A stretch of 64,000 bases of DNA from Elainellaceae cyanobacterium. Lineage in GTDB: Bacteria > Cyanobacteriota > Cyanobacteriia > CAZCXK01. The stretch covers positions 24 to 64,023 of the forward strand of contig JBNPEG010000184.1 in NCBI GenBank assembly GCA_051117555.1, in the 5' to 3' direction. Positions 46,544 through 56,618 of the stretch are shown piece by piece (the first letter of the stretch is position 1; each line of letters starts with the position of its first letter). The translations under genes were made by a program, and so were the position numbers. The notes beneath the pieces were generated by a model, which was given only the letters and a program-made list of their open reading frames with translations, had not been told where the DNA came from and searched no databases.

Positions 46544-46588
46544 ATCCTCCCCCTGATAAACACGTGCTCTTAAACGAGCATCAGAACA

Positions 46589-46834
46589 CTATGACTTGTC
46601 AGAGGATGATTCGCTGTCGTCTTGCTCATTTACCTTTGGAACAATATCAGGGCGTTCAGCACCTTCCCAACCAGGCGGGCGCTTGGAGTTATACCAAGCA
46701 ATTGACCCAATCACGACCGCTGCGATAAAGCCCACGACGTAAACTAGCGTAAATGCTGCCGGAAGCCCTGAAGACGCCCCTGACGCAACATCCATCATAA
46801 TAAAATTCATATTTAGCAACTCCCTTGAGTCCAA
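46589..46834 (-). CDS. Small single-pass membrane protein (about 70-80 aa).
   Basis: One TM helix (FTLVYVVGFIAAVVIGSIAWY) is followed by an acidic tail. The start is ambiguous (MNFIMMDVAS). Confidence 0.4.
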   Translation of the reverse strand: MDSRELLNMNFIMMDVASGASSGLPAAFTLVYVVGFIAAVVIGSIAWYNSKRPPGWEGAERPDIVPKVNEQDDSESSSDKS

Positions 46835-47105
46835 TTATTCATTCAGAATACAAGGGATCGAGGGTTAGAGATCATTTAGATGCGGTAGGTAAGCGATGAC
46901 TGTGGATATTGCCGATGCTACAGAGCCCGTTCTCAATGTCACACCGCTATCAATCTGTAAATTTTCTGTAAATGTCAAGTCTATAGACCATCAGTAGATC
47001 TATGGAATCAACGCCCCAGATTCTCGTAATGTCACTTAACTATACTGAAATCCATCTCCGTGGTTTGGGCATAATGGGGGTGCTAGAATTCTCGATGGTT
47101 GATTC

Positions 47106-47870
47106 ATGGCTCCTACACCGTTTCTGACAATTGACGACCAATCCGTTTCACTGGCTCAGGCTGTTCGTTATTTGCAAACTGCGCGGAAATTTGATGCGTT
47201 TATTGGAGAGATCCTTCGTCAGTTCGTCGTCGAACAAGAGTTGCGGACTCGAGATGACCTTCATGTGAGTTCGCCCGTCATTGAGCAGGCAATTATTGAT
47301 TTTCGTCTCCAGCGGCAACTGACTGACCCCAAGCAGTTTCAGGAATGGTTGGCTGCAAACGGTACTACCTACGACACGTTTCATAATCAGATTGCGACAG
47401 GATTTAAGCTCAAGAAACTCAAGGATGCGATCGCCCAATCCAAGCTTCAAGAATATTTCATTGAACGCAAAATTTATCTCGATCGGGTCGTCATTTCTCG
47501 TATCATCGTCGCGGATAAAGAGCTTGCCGACGAGTTGAAAAGTCAAATTGAAGAAGGGAGCAGCAGCTTCGAGCAGCTCGCGCGCGACTATTCGTTAACG
47601 GATGACCGGATTGTAAACGGCATGGTGGGGCCCGTAAGTCGGGGATCGATGCCTGATTTACTGAGAGTTGCAATCGATGAGGCACAACCGGGGGAAATTG
47701 TCGGCCCCATTGGGATGGAAGAACGGTGGGGCTTATTTCGAATTGAAGAGATGCTACCCGCATCGCTAGATAACCCTCAACTAAGACAGTCGCTCCAAGA
47801 CGAGTTGTTTGAGCAATGGCTAGCTGAGAAAATGCAGAATTTACCCATCAAGCTGCAGGTGGGTGAATGA
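47106..47870 (+). CDS. Parvulin-type (PpiC/PrsA-like) peptidyl-prolyl isomerase domain protein.
   Basis: The C-terminal region ISRIIVADKELADELKSQIEEGSSSFEQLARDYS...GMVGPVSRGSMPDLLRVAIDEAQPGEIVGPIGMEERWGLFRIEEM resembles PpiC rotamase domains. Its stop overlaps the start of the downstream ABC gene (ATGA). Confidence 0.55.
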   Translation: MAPTPFLTIDDQSVSLAQAVRYLQTARKFDAFIGEILRQFVVEQELRTRDDLHVSSPVIEQAIIDFRLQRQLTDPKQFQEWLAANGTTYDTFHNQIATGFKLKKLKDAIAQSKLQEYFIERKIYLDRVVISRIIVADKELADELKSQIEEGSSSFEQLARDYSLTDDRIVNGMVGPVSRGSMPDLLRVAIDEAQPGEIVGPIGMEERWGLFRIEEMLPASLDNPQLRQSLQDELFEQWLAEKMQNLPIKLQVGE

Positions 47871-50422
47871 CATTACAAAACCAACTCGCTAGCTTAGATT
47901 GGAATCATGCACCCCTCAGCTGGTTGGACTCAAAGCAGCAGGAAACGATTCAGGCAAATGCCCAAGAATGCGTCTATCGGTTAGGGGAAGTCATTGGGTC
48001 GACTGAATCACCTGGCTACCAATACTGCATCATTTCGGGAAAAGTTCGGCTGATCCCGAATGAGGAGAAGCCAGTTTTGCTCACGGCAGGCGACTGGTTT
48101 GGTGATTTGCCTGAGCTTTCCGGAGAATGGAAAGCGAGAGCTGCTAGTAAAGATGTGGTGATTCTGAGATGGGAATCATCAGTATGGTTTGATATGCTGA
48201 CGGGCGATCGCAACGGTTCGGCAGAGGCATCTCAAGCCCTCCGCCAGTTTTGGGCGGGACTGCGATCGCGCTATCAACCTGATGTTTCTGACACCCCTCA
48301 GCCCGTGGCAGGATACCCTTTTGTGACGGGTCTCAACACGGCTGCGGCATGCCTAACCATGGCGAGCCAGTATTTTGATGCGCCTGTCCAGTTTGACTGG
48401 ATGAAGCGACAGCTTCGAGGACAAACTCCAAAACATGTCGTTGATGGAGCGGAGAAGGCGGGACTGCATCTGCGGCGGCTGCTAATTGGCACATGGGCAG
48501 ATTTACGACAGATCAATCTACCGGCATTACTTCGCTGGCAAGATGAGCGATGGGTCGCCCTTTACGATATCCGGGGCGATCGCCTCGTGATTGGCGACCC
48601 CATGAATCCGGCTCAGACGTGTGAGAGTATTCCTCGGCGCATGGCTGAGGAGCGATGGGATGGTGAACTGTGGCAAGTTGAGCCGATTCAAAAGCAGGAA
48701 ACATTTAACTTGAGCTGGTTTCTGCCTGCGGTTTGGCGCTACAAACGCTTGCTCGGCGAAGTTCTATTAGCATCGTTTACGCTTCAGCTTTTAGGATTGG
48801 CAACGCCCATCATTACTCAGGTGATCATTGACAAGGTGATGGTGCAGGGTAGTATTCCTACCCTCGACGTGATGGCGATCGCCCTACTGAGCGTTGCTGT
48901 CTTTGAGGGGTTATTGGGCACGCTGCGGATGTTTATTTTCACCCACACAACCAATCGCCTCGACCTGAGTTTGTCTGCTCAACTGTTTCGTCATCTGCTG
49001 CGCTTGCCCCTGTCTTATTTTGAATCGCGGCGGGTCGGTGATACAGTCGCCCGTGTGCAAGAGCTAGAAGAAATTCGTCAGTTTCTGACCAGCACGGCGC
49101 TCACCGTCATTTTAGACAGCATTTTTGCAGTGATTTATCTGCTGGTGATGTTTTATTACAGCGTTAAGCTTACAGGCGTTGCGTTGGCAGTCTTACCTCT
49201 GTTTGCGGTGCTAACGTTGACGGCAACGCCCGTTTTGCGCGTGTGGCTCAACGAAACCTTTAATCGAAGCGCAGATAGTCAATCGTATTTAGTTGAGACC
49301 GTTACAGGCATTCATACAGTCAAAGCGCATGCTGCCGAAAAAGCGGCGCGCGATCGCTGGGAAGGGCTGTATGCGAGATTTGTTCGTACGGGCTTTCGAG
49401 CCAATACAACAGCAAATATCAGCAACCATATCGGAGATTTTTTAACCAGCTTTTCGAGCCTATTGTTGCTCTGGATCGGCGCTAGATTGGTGATTAATCA
49501 AGACTTTACGATTGGTCAGCTGATTGCCTTTCAAATGCTCTCAGCACGGGTTACTGGGCCTCTTCTCCGTTTGGTACAGCTTTGGCAAAATCTGCAAGAG
49601 GTGTTATTAGCTGTCGATCGCATTGGTGACATTCTCAATGTCCCTCCTGAAGCTGAACCGGGCACTGGGTTAGTGTTACCCCCTCTCCAAGGGAAGGTTG
49701 CTTTTGACAAAATCTTTTTCCGCTACCAAAGCGAACAAGAGCCCATTCTCAAAGGGGTGTCGTTTACCGTAGAACCCGGCATGTTTGTGGGCATCGTTGG
49801 TCGGAGCGGATCGGGTAAGAGCACTCTCTCTAAGCTCATTCAGCGGCTCTACCCGGCTGAAGCAGGTCGCATCACTATTGATGGATTTGATATCAAAAGC
49901 GCCGATTTAGCCTCTCTGCGTCCTCAAATTGCGGTTGTCCTACAAGACGACTTCTTATTTAACGGAACGATTTTAGAGAATATCACGTTAGGTAATCCAG
50001 ATGTTTCTGCTGAAGATGTGGTTGAAGCAGCCCGATTAGCAGTCGCTCACGATTTTATTTCTGACTTACCCCACGGCTATGAAACCAACGTGGGAGAAAG
50101 GGGGGTAGCGCTTTCAGGCGGGCAGCGGCAGCGCATTACGCTAGCACGACTATTTCTCTCGCAAGCGCCCATTATGATCTTAGACGAAGCAACCAGCAAT
50201 CTAGATGCAGAAACTGAACAGCAAGTCTTAGAGAATCTCCGCAACGTGTCTCACAATCGAACGGTGTTTCTCATCGCCCATCGCTTCGCACCTTTAAAAA
50301 CCGCAGACTTAATTTTGGCAATGGACAAGGGGATCGTTGTGGAGCGAGGCACCCATCAATCGCTGTTGAATGATAAAGGACTATATTATTCCCTTTATCA
50401 ACGCCAGCAATCTTCAGTGTAA
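47867..50422 (+). CDS. HlyB-like type I secretion ABC transporter. It has an N-terminal cyclic-nucleotide-binding-like domain and a degenerate C39-like domain (CLD).
   Basis: The cNMP-like region is GEVIGSTESPGYQYCIISGKVRLI. Compared with the intact C39 at 3518, the domain NTAAACL...RWVALYD has Cys to Thr and His to Arg at the catalytic positions. Six TM helices are predicted. NBD motifs are Walker A GRSGSGKST, signature LSGGQRQRITLAR and Walker B IMILDEA. Confidence 0.85.
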   Translation: MTLQNQLASLDWNHAPLSWLDSKQQETIQANAQECVYRLGEVIGSTESPGYQYCIISGKVRLIPNEEKPVLLTAGDWFGDLPELSGEWKARAASKDVVILRWESSVWFDMLTGDRNGSAEASQALRQFWAGLRSRYQPDVSDTPQPVAGYPFVTGLNTAAACLTMASQYFDAPVQFDWMKRQLRGQTPKHVVDGAEKAGLHLRRLLIGTWADLRQINLPALLRWQDERWVALYDIRGDRLVIGDPMNPAQTCESIPRRMAEERWDGELWQVEPIQKQETFNLSWFLPAVWRYKRLLGEVLLASFTLQLLGLATPIITQVIIDKVMVQGSIPTLDVMAIALLSVAVFEGLLGTLRMFIFTHTTNRLDLSLSAQLFRHLLRLPLSYFESRRVGDTVARVQELEEIRQFLTSTALTVILDSIFAVIYLLVMFYYSVKLTGVALAVLPLFAVLTLTATPVLRVWLNETFNRSADSQSYLVETVTGIHTVKAHAAEKAARDRWEGLYARFVRTGFRANTTANISNHIGDFLTSFSSLLLLWIGARLVINQDFTIGQLIAFQMLSARVTGPLLRLVQLWQNLQEVLLAVDRIGDILNVPPEAEPGTGLVLPPLQGKVAFDKIFFRYQSEQEPILKGVSFTVEPGMFVGIVGRSGSGKSTLSKLIQRLYPAEAGRITIDGFDIKSADLASLRPQIAVVLQDDFLFNGTILENITLGNPDVSAEDVVEAARLAVAHDFISDLPHGYETNVGERGVALSGGQRQRITLARLFLSQAPIMILDEATSNLDAETEQQVLENLRNVSHNRTVFLIAHRFAPLKTADLILAMDKGIVVERGTHQSLLNDKGLYYSLYQRQQSSV

Positions 50423-50439
50423 GTCTCAATTTATCTGGC

Positions 50440-51300
50440 TCAATTTACTTTTTTCTGTACGCTTCGATAGCGAATATATTCAGCAATAAACGCGACGATT
50501 CCTGAACCTGTAATTAGAACTACGCTCAGCGCATTAATGTCGGGCTTAACGCCTGTGCGAATCCGGCTGAAAATCTCAATTGGGAGCGGATTGGCTCCCC
50601 CTCCTGCCGTGAAACTAGAGATGAGCAGATCATCCATGCTGAGTACAAACGCCAACAGGCATCCTGAGATAATGCCGGGCATTAGTTCGGGTAGCAGTAC
50701 TTTAATAAATGCCTGTGCCGGAGTTGCACCGAGGTCTAGGGCAGCTTCCTCTAAGTAGGGATTGAGATCGGCAAGCCGAGCCGAGACTACGATCGCAATA
50801 TACGCAATACAAAACACCATGTGAGCAGCGATAATCGTCCAAATGCTCAAGGGAATTGCCAAGGTGGCTAAGAAAATCAGCGTGGCAACGGCAATCGAAA
50901 TATCAGGAATAATCAGCGGAAGATAGGAAATGCCTCGATATAGCCCTTTCCCAGGAAATCGATAGCGAGCTAACCCAACCGACATCATCGTCCCCAACAT
51001 CGCAGAGATCCCCACGGCAACAAACGCGACCTTCAGGCTGTCACCCAGGGCTGATAACAGCCGCTCATCGTGAATCATCTGGTCGTACCACGTCAAGCTA
51101 AATCCTTCCCAAACGGCTCCATAGCGAGACTCATTAAAGCTGTAAACAGCTAGAACGAGAATAGGGAAATACATAAACGCAAACATGACCAGGGAAAAGA
51201 CTAACTGCCAATGGCGTCGCATAAATGGCAGCAGCCATCGAAACGGCTTCAATATAGGGGTCGTAAACCGGGAAGACGGGCTTTGCCAAGATTTTTCCAT
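50440..51300 (-). CDS. potC: Polyamine ABC transporter permease (PotC-like).
   Basis: It has six TM helices. The EAA-like loop is EAALDLGATPAQAF. Confidence 0.7.
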   Translation of the reverse strand: MEKSWQSPSSRFTTPILKPFRWLLPFMRRHWQLVFSLVMFAFMYFPILVLAVYSFNESRYGAVWEGFSLTWYDQMIHDERLLSALGDSLKVAFVAVGISAMLGTMMSVGLARYRFPGKGLYRGISYLPLIIPDISIAVATLIFLATLAIPLSIWTIIAAHMVFCIAYIAIVVSARLADLNPYLEEAALDLGATPAQAFIKVLLPELMPGIISGCLLAFVLSMDDLLISSFTAGGGANPLPIEIFSRIRTGVKPDINALSVVLITGSGIVAFIAEYIRYRSVQKKVN

Positions 51301-51357
51301 GATGCGGTTAGAAGTTGAGGTTCATGATGTCTTGAGTCAGAGTTGGATACGGCTCGC

Positions 51358-52314
51358 TCATGAAAGAGTGTCAGCGTTGCGATCGCCATATTTAATCAAC
51401 AACGCAATGGCTAAGCTCACGCCCAAAATCAGAATCATACTCAACGCCGAACCAAATCCCCAGTTGCGAACGGTTAGAAATTGGTTGTAAATCAGGCGTG
51501 GAATCGTCATGCTAGGAGGACCGAGCAATTCAGGATTTACAAAATCGCCAGCACTGGTGATAAACACCAGCAGACATCCGGCGGTGATTCCTGGCATGGT
51601 TTGAGGGACAGTAATTTTCCAGAATGTCTCGCTAGGGGCTGCACCCAAATCGGCGGCGGCTTCAAGTAAGCGGCGATCGAGCTTTTCGAGCGACGCATAT
51701 AAAATCAAGACCATGTAGGGCAAGAAGCTGTAGCTTAGCCCAATAAACACGGCAATATCTCGATGCAAAAAATCGAGCGTCGGCAGGTGGACAAATCCTA
51801 ACAATGTATTGAGAACCCCAGTCGGGCGGAGAATGCTAATCCAGGCATAGGCTCGCAGTAGAGAGGATGTCCACAGCGGCAACACGAAGACCACTAACAA
51901 CAAGTTGCGCCAGCGCTGGGGAGACATGATGGCAATCCAATAGGCGACTGGAAACCCCAATAACAGGCAAAGCACTGTTGCCCCAAAGCCAAAGTAAAAC
52001 GTTCTGAGAATGACTCGAATATAAACTCCCTCGATAGAGATAAAGGGAAAACCAGTCTGAAAACTGAGCCCAAACCCTTCAAAAATATGGATATAGTTGG
52101 CAAGCGAATAGTTCGCAATCGGGTCTTCGGGACGTAAATTAGAGACTAGGCTGATTTCGGTAATCAGTAACGTTGGCATGACCAGCAGAAGCAACAGCCA
52201 AAGACCCGATGGGCCGAGTAATACAATTGGCTGAATGAGCTTCCGCAGTCTGGCTGCCCAGCCTGTGGGGGGACGTTTAAGTTCGACTGGGTTTGAAGAC
52301 GTTGAGGCAGCCAT
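51358..52314 (-). CDS. potB: Polyamine ABC transporter permease (PotB-like).
   Basis: The EAA loop is EAAADLGAAPSETFWKITVP. It belongs to the PotB-type TMD family. Confidence 0.7.
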   Translation of the reverse strand: MAASTSSNPVELKRPPTGWAARLRKLIQPIVLLGPSGLWLLLLLVMPTLLITEISLVSNLRPEDPIANYSLANYIHIFEGFGLSFQTGFPFISIEGVYIRVILRTFYFGFGATVLCLLLGFPVAYWIAIMSPQRWRNLLLVVFVLPLWTSSLLRAYAWISILRPTGVLNTLLGFVHLPTLDFLHRDIAVFIGLSYSFLPYMVLILYASLEKLDRRLLEAAADLGAAPSETFWKITVPQTMPGITAGCLLVFITSAGDFVNPELLGPPSMTIPRLIYNQFLTVRNWGFGSALSMILILGVSLAIALLIKYGDRNADTLS

Positions 52315-52340
52315 AGGCAGTATCTAATTTTCAAAAGAGA

Positions 52341-53504
52341 TTAGGCGCTCTTGATCTGGGTCCAAAAGCGGTCGTACATTTGAGTCGCATCTCCTACAGG
52401 AGCAATGCCTTCGCATTGGTCAAGGATGTCATCGGGGGGGAATAGATCGTCGTTGTTTTTGAGCTCATCGGAGAGCATATCAAAGGCGATCGCATGGGGA
52501 GTTGCAAACTTTAGCCGATCGACTGCTTTTGCCGCCACTTCTGGAGTGAGCATAAAATTAATCCACTCATAGGCGGCATCTACGTTGGGGGCTGACGTTG
52601 GAATCACCATCGTGTCTGTCCAGACGGACGAACCGCTTTCAGGAATGATGTAACTTAGCTTGGGATTCTTGAGCGTTGCTGAGATTGCATCGACGGAATA
52701 ACTCATCGCCACCAGCACATCTCCTCCCATGAGCTGATCTTCCCAGCCAAATGACTTAAACGACGCAACGTGAGGTTTGAGTTCTGCCAGCCTCGCATAG
52801 GCTTCTTCGAGTTCTGCTTCGTTGGTTGAATTGTAGGAATAGCCCAATGATTTGAGCACGGCTCCTAGCATCTCGCGCATATCATCGAGCAGGGTCATAC
52901 GGCGGGAGAGGCGATCGCGATTTTCCCACAAATAATCCCAATCCGATGGACCTGGGCTCAACGCCTCCGAGTTGTAAATTAACCCGGTCGTTCCCCAACT
53001 GGTTGGAACACTGTGCTGATTACCCGGATCGTAGCCTGGATCTTGCCACTTATCCTGCATATTTTCTAGCCCATCGAGACGGGCGTGATCCATCTCGGTC
53101 AACATGCCAAGTTGAATCATCTGCGTGACCATGTAGTCGGACGGATACAAAATGCTATACGCATCGCCGCCGCCCGCCTGCATCTTGGCAAGCATTGCTT
53201 CGTTTGATTCATAAACGTCAACGATGACCTCAATGCCGGTTTGGTCAGTAAATTGAGCCGTTAGTTCTTCATCGGTATAGTCTGCCCAGGTGTAGATATG
53301 AAGAGGTCCCGACGCTGCCGGGATGGATTGGGAGCCGCCTGCATCTGACTCGGCACTCGTATCCGACTGAACATCCGATACATTTCGACTACAGTTTGAA
53401 AGGGCGATCGCAGAGAGAGTCGCTGCTGAACCTTGGAGAAAACGCCGTCGAGTCGGCTTTCGGCTTGATAGGTGACGTATATTAAACCGAGGATTCATAT
53501 GCAT
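52341..53504 (-). CDS. potD: Polyamine-binding periplasmic lipoprotein (PotD/PotF-like) with a Tat signal.
   Basis: The Tat signal TRRRFLQGSAATLSAIALSNCS carries a lipobox. It has the PotD/PotF fold, with YTWADY and LYNSEAL blocks. Confidence 0.75.
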   Translation of the reverse strand: MHMNPRFNIRHLSSRKPTRRRFLQGSAATLSAIALSNCSRNVSDVQSDTSAESDAGGSQSIPAASGPLHIYTWADYTDEELTAQFTDQTGIEVIVDVYESNEAMLAKMQAGGGDAYSILYPSDYMVTQMIQLGMLTEMDHARLDGLENMQDKWQDPGYDPGNQHSVPTSWGTTGLIYNSEALSPGPSDWDYLWENRDRLSRRMTLLDDMREMLGAVLKSLGYSYNSTNEAELEEAYARLAELKPHVASFKSFGWEDQLMGGDVLVAMSYSVDAISATLKNPKLSYIIPESGSSVWTDTMVIPTSAPNVDAAYEWINFMLTPEVAAKAVDRLKFATPHAIAFDMLSDELKNNDDLFPPDDILDQCEGIAPVGDATQMYDRFWTQIKSA

Positions 53505-53788
53505 GTCTTAAATGAATGGAATAGTCTTTAACGGGAGAATGTTTTGATACCTACTAAGGTGTCTGATATCACCGAGGCAGGATTAAGGGCTATGAGAAAA
53601 TTACTTCAGATTGGGGATCAGCAGAAACAATATCTCAGCAGGTGAGTAGGGGCATTGGTGACGCCTGACTTTAGTCTCACAGTCTGGTGTTAAAGATAGC
53701 TTCCAGACGAGGTGCTCTGGGTGTTATGTTGCTTGCGAAACGCCAATGCCCTACCGATTATTGACCGATCCTGTAAGTTGAAATGGGG

Positions 53789-54943
53789 TCACGCACTGGT
53801 CAATTGAGTCCAGTAGCGATCGTAGGTGTCTGTCGCATCTCCAACGGGAGCGATCCCCTCGCAATTGTCAAGGATGTCTTGGGGAGGGAACAGGTCAGGA
53901 TTTTCTTTGAGCTCATCGGAGAGCATGTCATAGGCCGCTTTATTAGGAGTTGCAAAATAGAGACTCTCCACTGCCTGCTTCGATACCTCAGGGTCAAGAA
54001 TAAAGTTCATCCATTGATATGCTGCATCGACATTGGGTGCCGATGTTGGAATCACCATCGTATCAGTCCACAGAGAGGAGCCGCTTGCTGGGACGATATA
54101 TTCAAGGTTTTCATCTTCTAAGGTGGCGGCGATCGCATCGACAGAATAGCTCATCACCAACAGTAAGTCCCCTCCCAGAAGCTGATCTTCCCATCCAAAT
54201 GATTGAAACGATGCCACCGCAGGCTTAAGCTCAACCAATCTGTTGTAGGCTTCTTCAATCTCAGCCGGATCGGTTGAGTTATATGAGTAGCCGAGCGATC
54301 GAAGCACCGCACCCATCGTTTCTCTCACGTCATTGAGCAAGGTCATACGGTTTTCGAGCTGCTCCTGGTTTTCCCACAGATAATCCCAGTCTTCGGGACC
54401 AGGATCAAGTTCTGCCCGGTTATATAACAACCCGGTCGTCCCCCAAGAATACGGCACGCTATGAGCATTGCCTGGGTCGTAGACTGGATCTTGCCATTTA
54501 TCGAGAATATTATCTAAGCCTTCTAAGCGGTCTTTCTCAAGAGTGGTGAGCATCTCTAGCTCAATCATTTGCGCGACCATATAGTCAGACGGATAGATGA
54601 TGCTATAGGCATCGCCGCCGCCTGCCTGCATCCGAGCGAGCATGGTTTCATTCGAGTCATAGATATCGACAACCACGTCAATGCCTGTCCGCTCAGTAAA
54701 TAGGTCGGTCAGGTCTTCGTCCGTATAGTCTGCCCATGTGTAAATGTGCAGCGTCTTTCCATCACCTGTGGCTGCGGGTGATTCCCCATCCGTTGGAGAT
54801 GACTGAACGTTCGTCACGCTACGTCGGCAATTTGACAGCATGACTCCCGACAGTGCCGCTGCTGAGGCTTGCAAAAATCGGCGTCGAGTTGGTTTCGAAA
54901 TCCGTGGCGATCGCCCCGCATACAATCGAGAATGATTTTTCAT
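53789..54943 (-). CDS. potD: Second PotD/PotF-like binding lipoprotein, a tandem paralog with high amino-acid and nucleotide similarity to 52341-53504.
   Basis: The Tat signal is TRRRFLQASAAALSGVMLSNC. Long colinear identity blocks run through the whole protein (IYTWADYTDE, SWGTTGLLYN, WTDTMVIPTSAPNVDAAY). Confidence 0.75.
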   Translation of the reverse strand: MKNHSRLYAGRSPRISKPTRRRFLQASAAALSGVMLSNCRRSVTNVQSSPTDGESPAATGDGKTLHIYTWADYTDEDLTDLFTERTGIDVVVDIYDSNETMLARMQAGGGDAYSIIYPSDYMVAQMIELEMLTTLEKDRLEGLDNILDKWQDPVYDPGNAHSVPYSWGTTGLLYNRAELDPGPEDWDYLWENQEQLENRMTLLNDVRETMGAVLRSLGYSYNSTDPAEIEEAYNRLVELKPAVASFQSFGWEDQLLGGDLLLVMSYSVDAIAATLEDENLEYIVPASGSSLWTDTMVIPTSAPNVDAAYQWMNFILDPEVSKQAVESLYFATPNKAAYDMLSDELKENPDLFPPQDILDNCEGIAPVGDATDTYDRYWTQLTSA

Positions 54944-55069
54944 TCCTAGTTTTTACTCCCCAAACCCTACTAAATAGAACAGACGGGCCATTTTATTGCT
55001 GCACTTTTAATCAACTTAAGGCAGTCCTGATATGGCATGGAATTCACCAGGAAATTACCATCCCTTTAA

Positions 55070-56230
55070 TCAGACAGTCAACGCCAAGCAGTCATCTGCT
55101 GTCCAATGGGCATACACAGACGTATAAAGCTCTGGTAAATTTGAGAATTTATTGGGCTGTAAAATTTTAAGCGAATCTCCCGACGGCAGCTCCATCATAT
55201 AGTGAACGTGAGTGCCCAAATACATGATGTTGGTTAGACGACCTTCAAAACAGTTGATTCCGCTCTCATTGGGTGGCTCAAAGCTCACCTGAATTTTCTC
55301 TGGACGGATGCTCACAACCACACTCCGATGTGCCGCAGATCCATTCCAATGGTCAGGAGGTTTCACGATCAGCCGTAATCCCGAATCTGTGAAAACTTGG
55401 AGCGATGAATAGTCTGATCGGTCAATAGTGCCCTGGAACAGATTGGTATCACCGATAAAATCAGCAACAAATGGGGACTTTGGATAATCGTAGATGTCAC
55501 TGGGAGTCCCGATTTGCTCAATCTTGCCATCTTGCATGACCGCAATGCGATCGGACAGACTCAGTGCTTCTTCTTGGTCATGAGTCACCATGACGAAGGT
55601 GACGCCGATCTGGTGATGTAAATTGGAGAGTTCGACCTGCATCTCTTTGCGAAGCTTTAAGTCGAGAGCACCTAACGGTTCATCGAGTAAAATGACAGTC
55701 GGACGATTGACCAAGGCTCTAGCCAGTGCAACTCGCTGCTGCTGACCTCCTGAGAGCTGCATGGGATATCGGCGGGCGAAGCTTTCCATCTTAACTAGCT
55801 GTAGCGATTCTTGGACACGTTCAGCGACTTCGGGCTTGCTGAGCCGTTTGATTCGTAATCCGAATGCAATGTTGTCCCAAACCGTCATGTGATTAAAGAG
55901 AGCATAGCTTTGAAATACGGTATTCACAGGACGACGATAGGGGGGCACATAGGTCATCGATCGCCCCCGAATTAGCACCTCGCCAGCAGAGGGATCTTCA
56001 AATCCCGCAATGAGTCGGAGAGTGGTCGTTTTGCCGCAACCGGAGGGGCCTAAAATACTAAAAAATTCACCTTGGTGAATATCCAGATCGACGCCTCGAA
56101 CCGCAGTTTCTCCATTAAAAACCTTGAAGACTTTCCGAAGTTCAACATCCAGGCGAGTTTCAACGTCGGCTGTGATCTGGTCTGGTGCAACAGTCTGGGA
56201 CACAGTGGCAATTCCTCGATCAATATTCAT
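55070..56230 (-). CDS. potA: Polyamine import ATP-binding protein (PotA-like).
   Basis: Walker A GPSGCGKTT, signature LSGGQQQRVALARAL and Walker B ILLDEPLGALD are present. The C-terminal TOBE/MOP-like domain is typical of PotA. Confidence 0.8.
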   Translation of the reverse strand: MNIDRGIATVSQTVAPDQITADVETRLDVELRKVFKVFNGETAVRGVDLDIHQGEFFSILGPSGCGKTTTLRLIAGFEDPSAGEVLIRGRSMTYVPPYRRPVNTVFQSYALFNHMTVWDNIAFGLRIKRLSKPEVAERVQESLQLVKMESFARRYPMQLSGGQQQRVALARALVNRPTVILLDEPLGALDLKLRKEMQVELSNLHHQIGVTFVMVTHDQEEALSLSDRIAVMQDGKIEQIGTPSDIYDYPKSPFVADFIGDTNLFQGTIDRSDYSSLQVFTDSGLRLIVKPPDHWNGSAAHRSVVVSIRPEKIQVSFEPPNESGINCFEGRLTNIMYLGTHVHYMMELPSGDSLKILQPNKFSNLPELYTSVYAHWTADDCLALTV

Positions 56231-56618
56231 AAGTAGTGAGTAATGCCCAAGTACAATGAACGATGGTTGAGTGATGGCAAAGCGTTTCTAGATCGTTGGC
56301 AGGCAAGTCTTAGACCATTAATACTCCTTATTATTGTTCCCATTGACGAAATCACGCCGGCTCTACCCTCCTTAATATTTGGTCAGCTCGTTAAAAATGG
56401 TCGTCAAATCTGATACAAGACTCACTAAGCTCTCACCATACCTCAGCACTCAGAACAAATGACAAACGGGAGATGTCGCGTTTTCGATCTCTGAATTCGT
56501 TTCTTAAAATCAATTGTATTCATCTATATTGAGCATGGCGCTAGACTAGGTAAGCATTGCCAATTCCTAGTCTGAGTCATGGTGTTAGGAGTTCCCTGAC
56601 CCGCTATCTACAGAGGCT

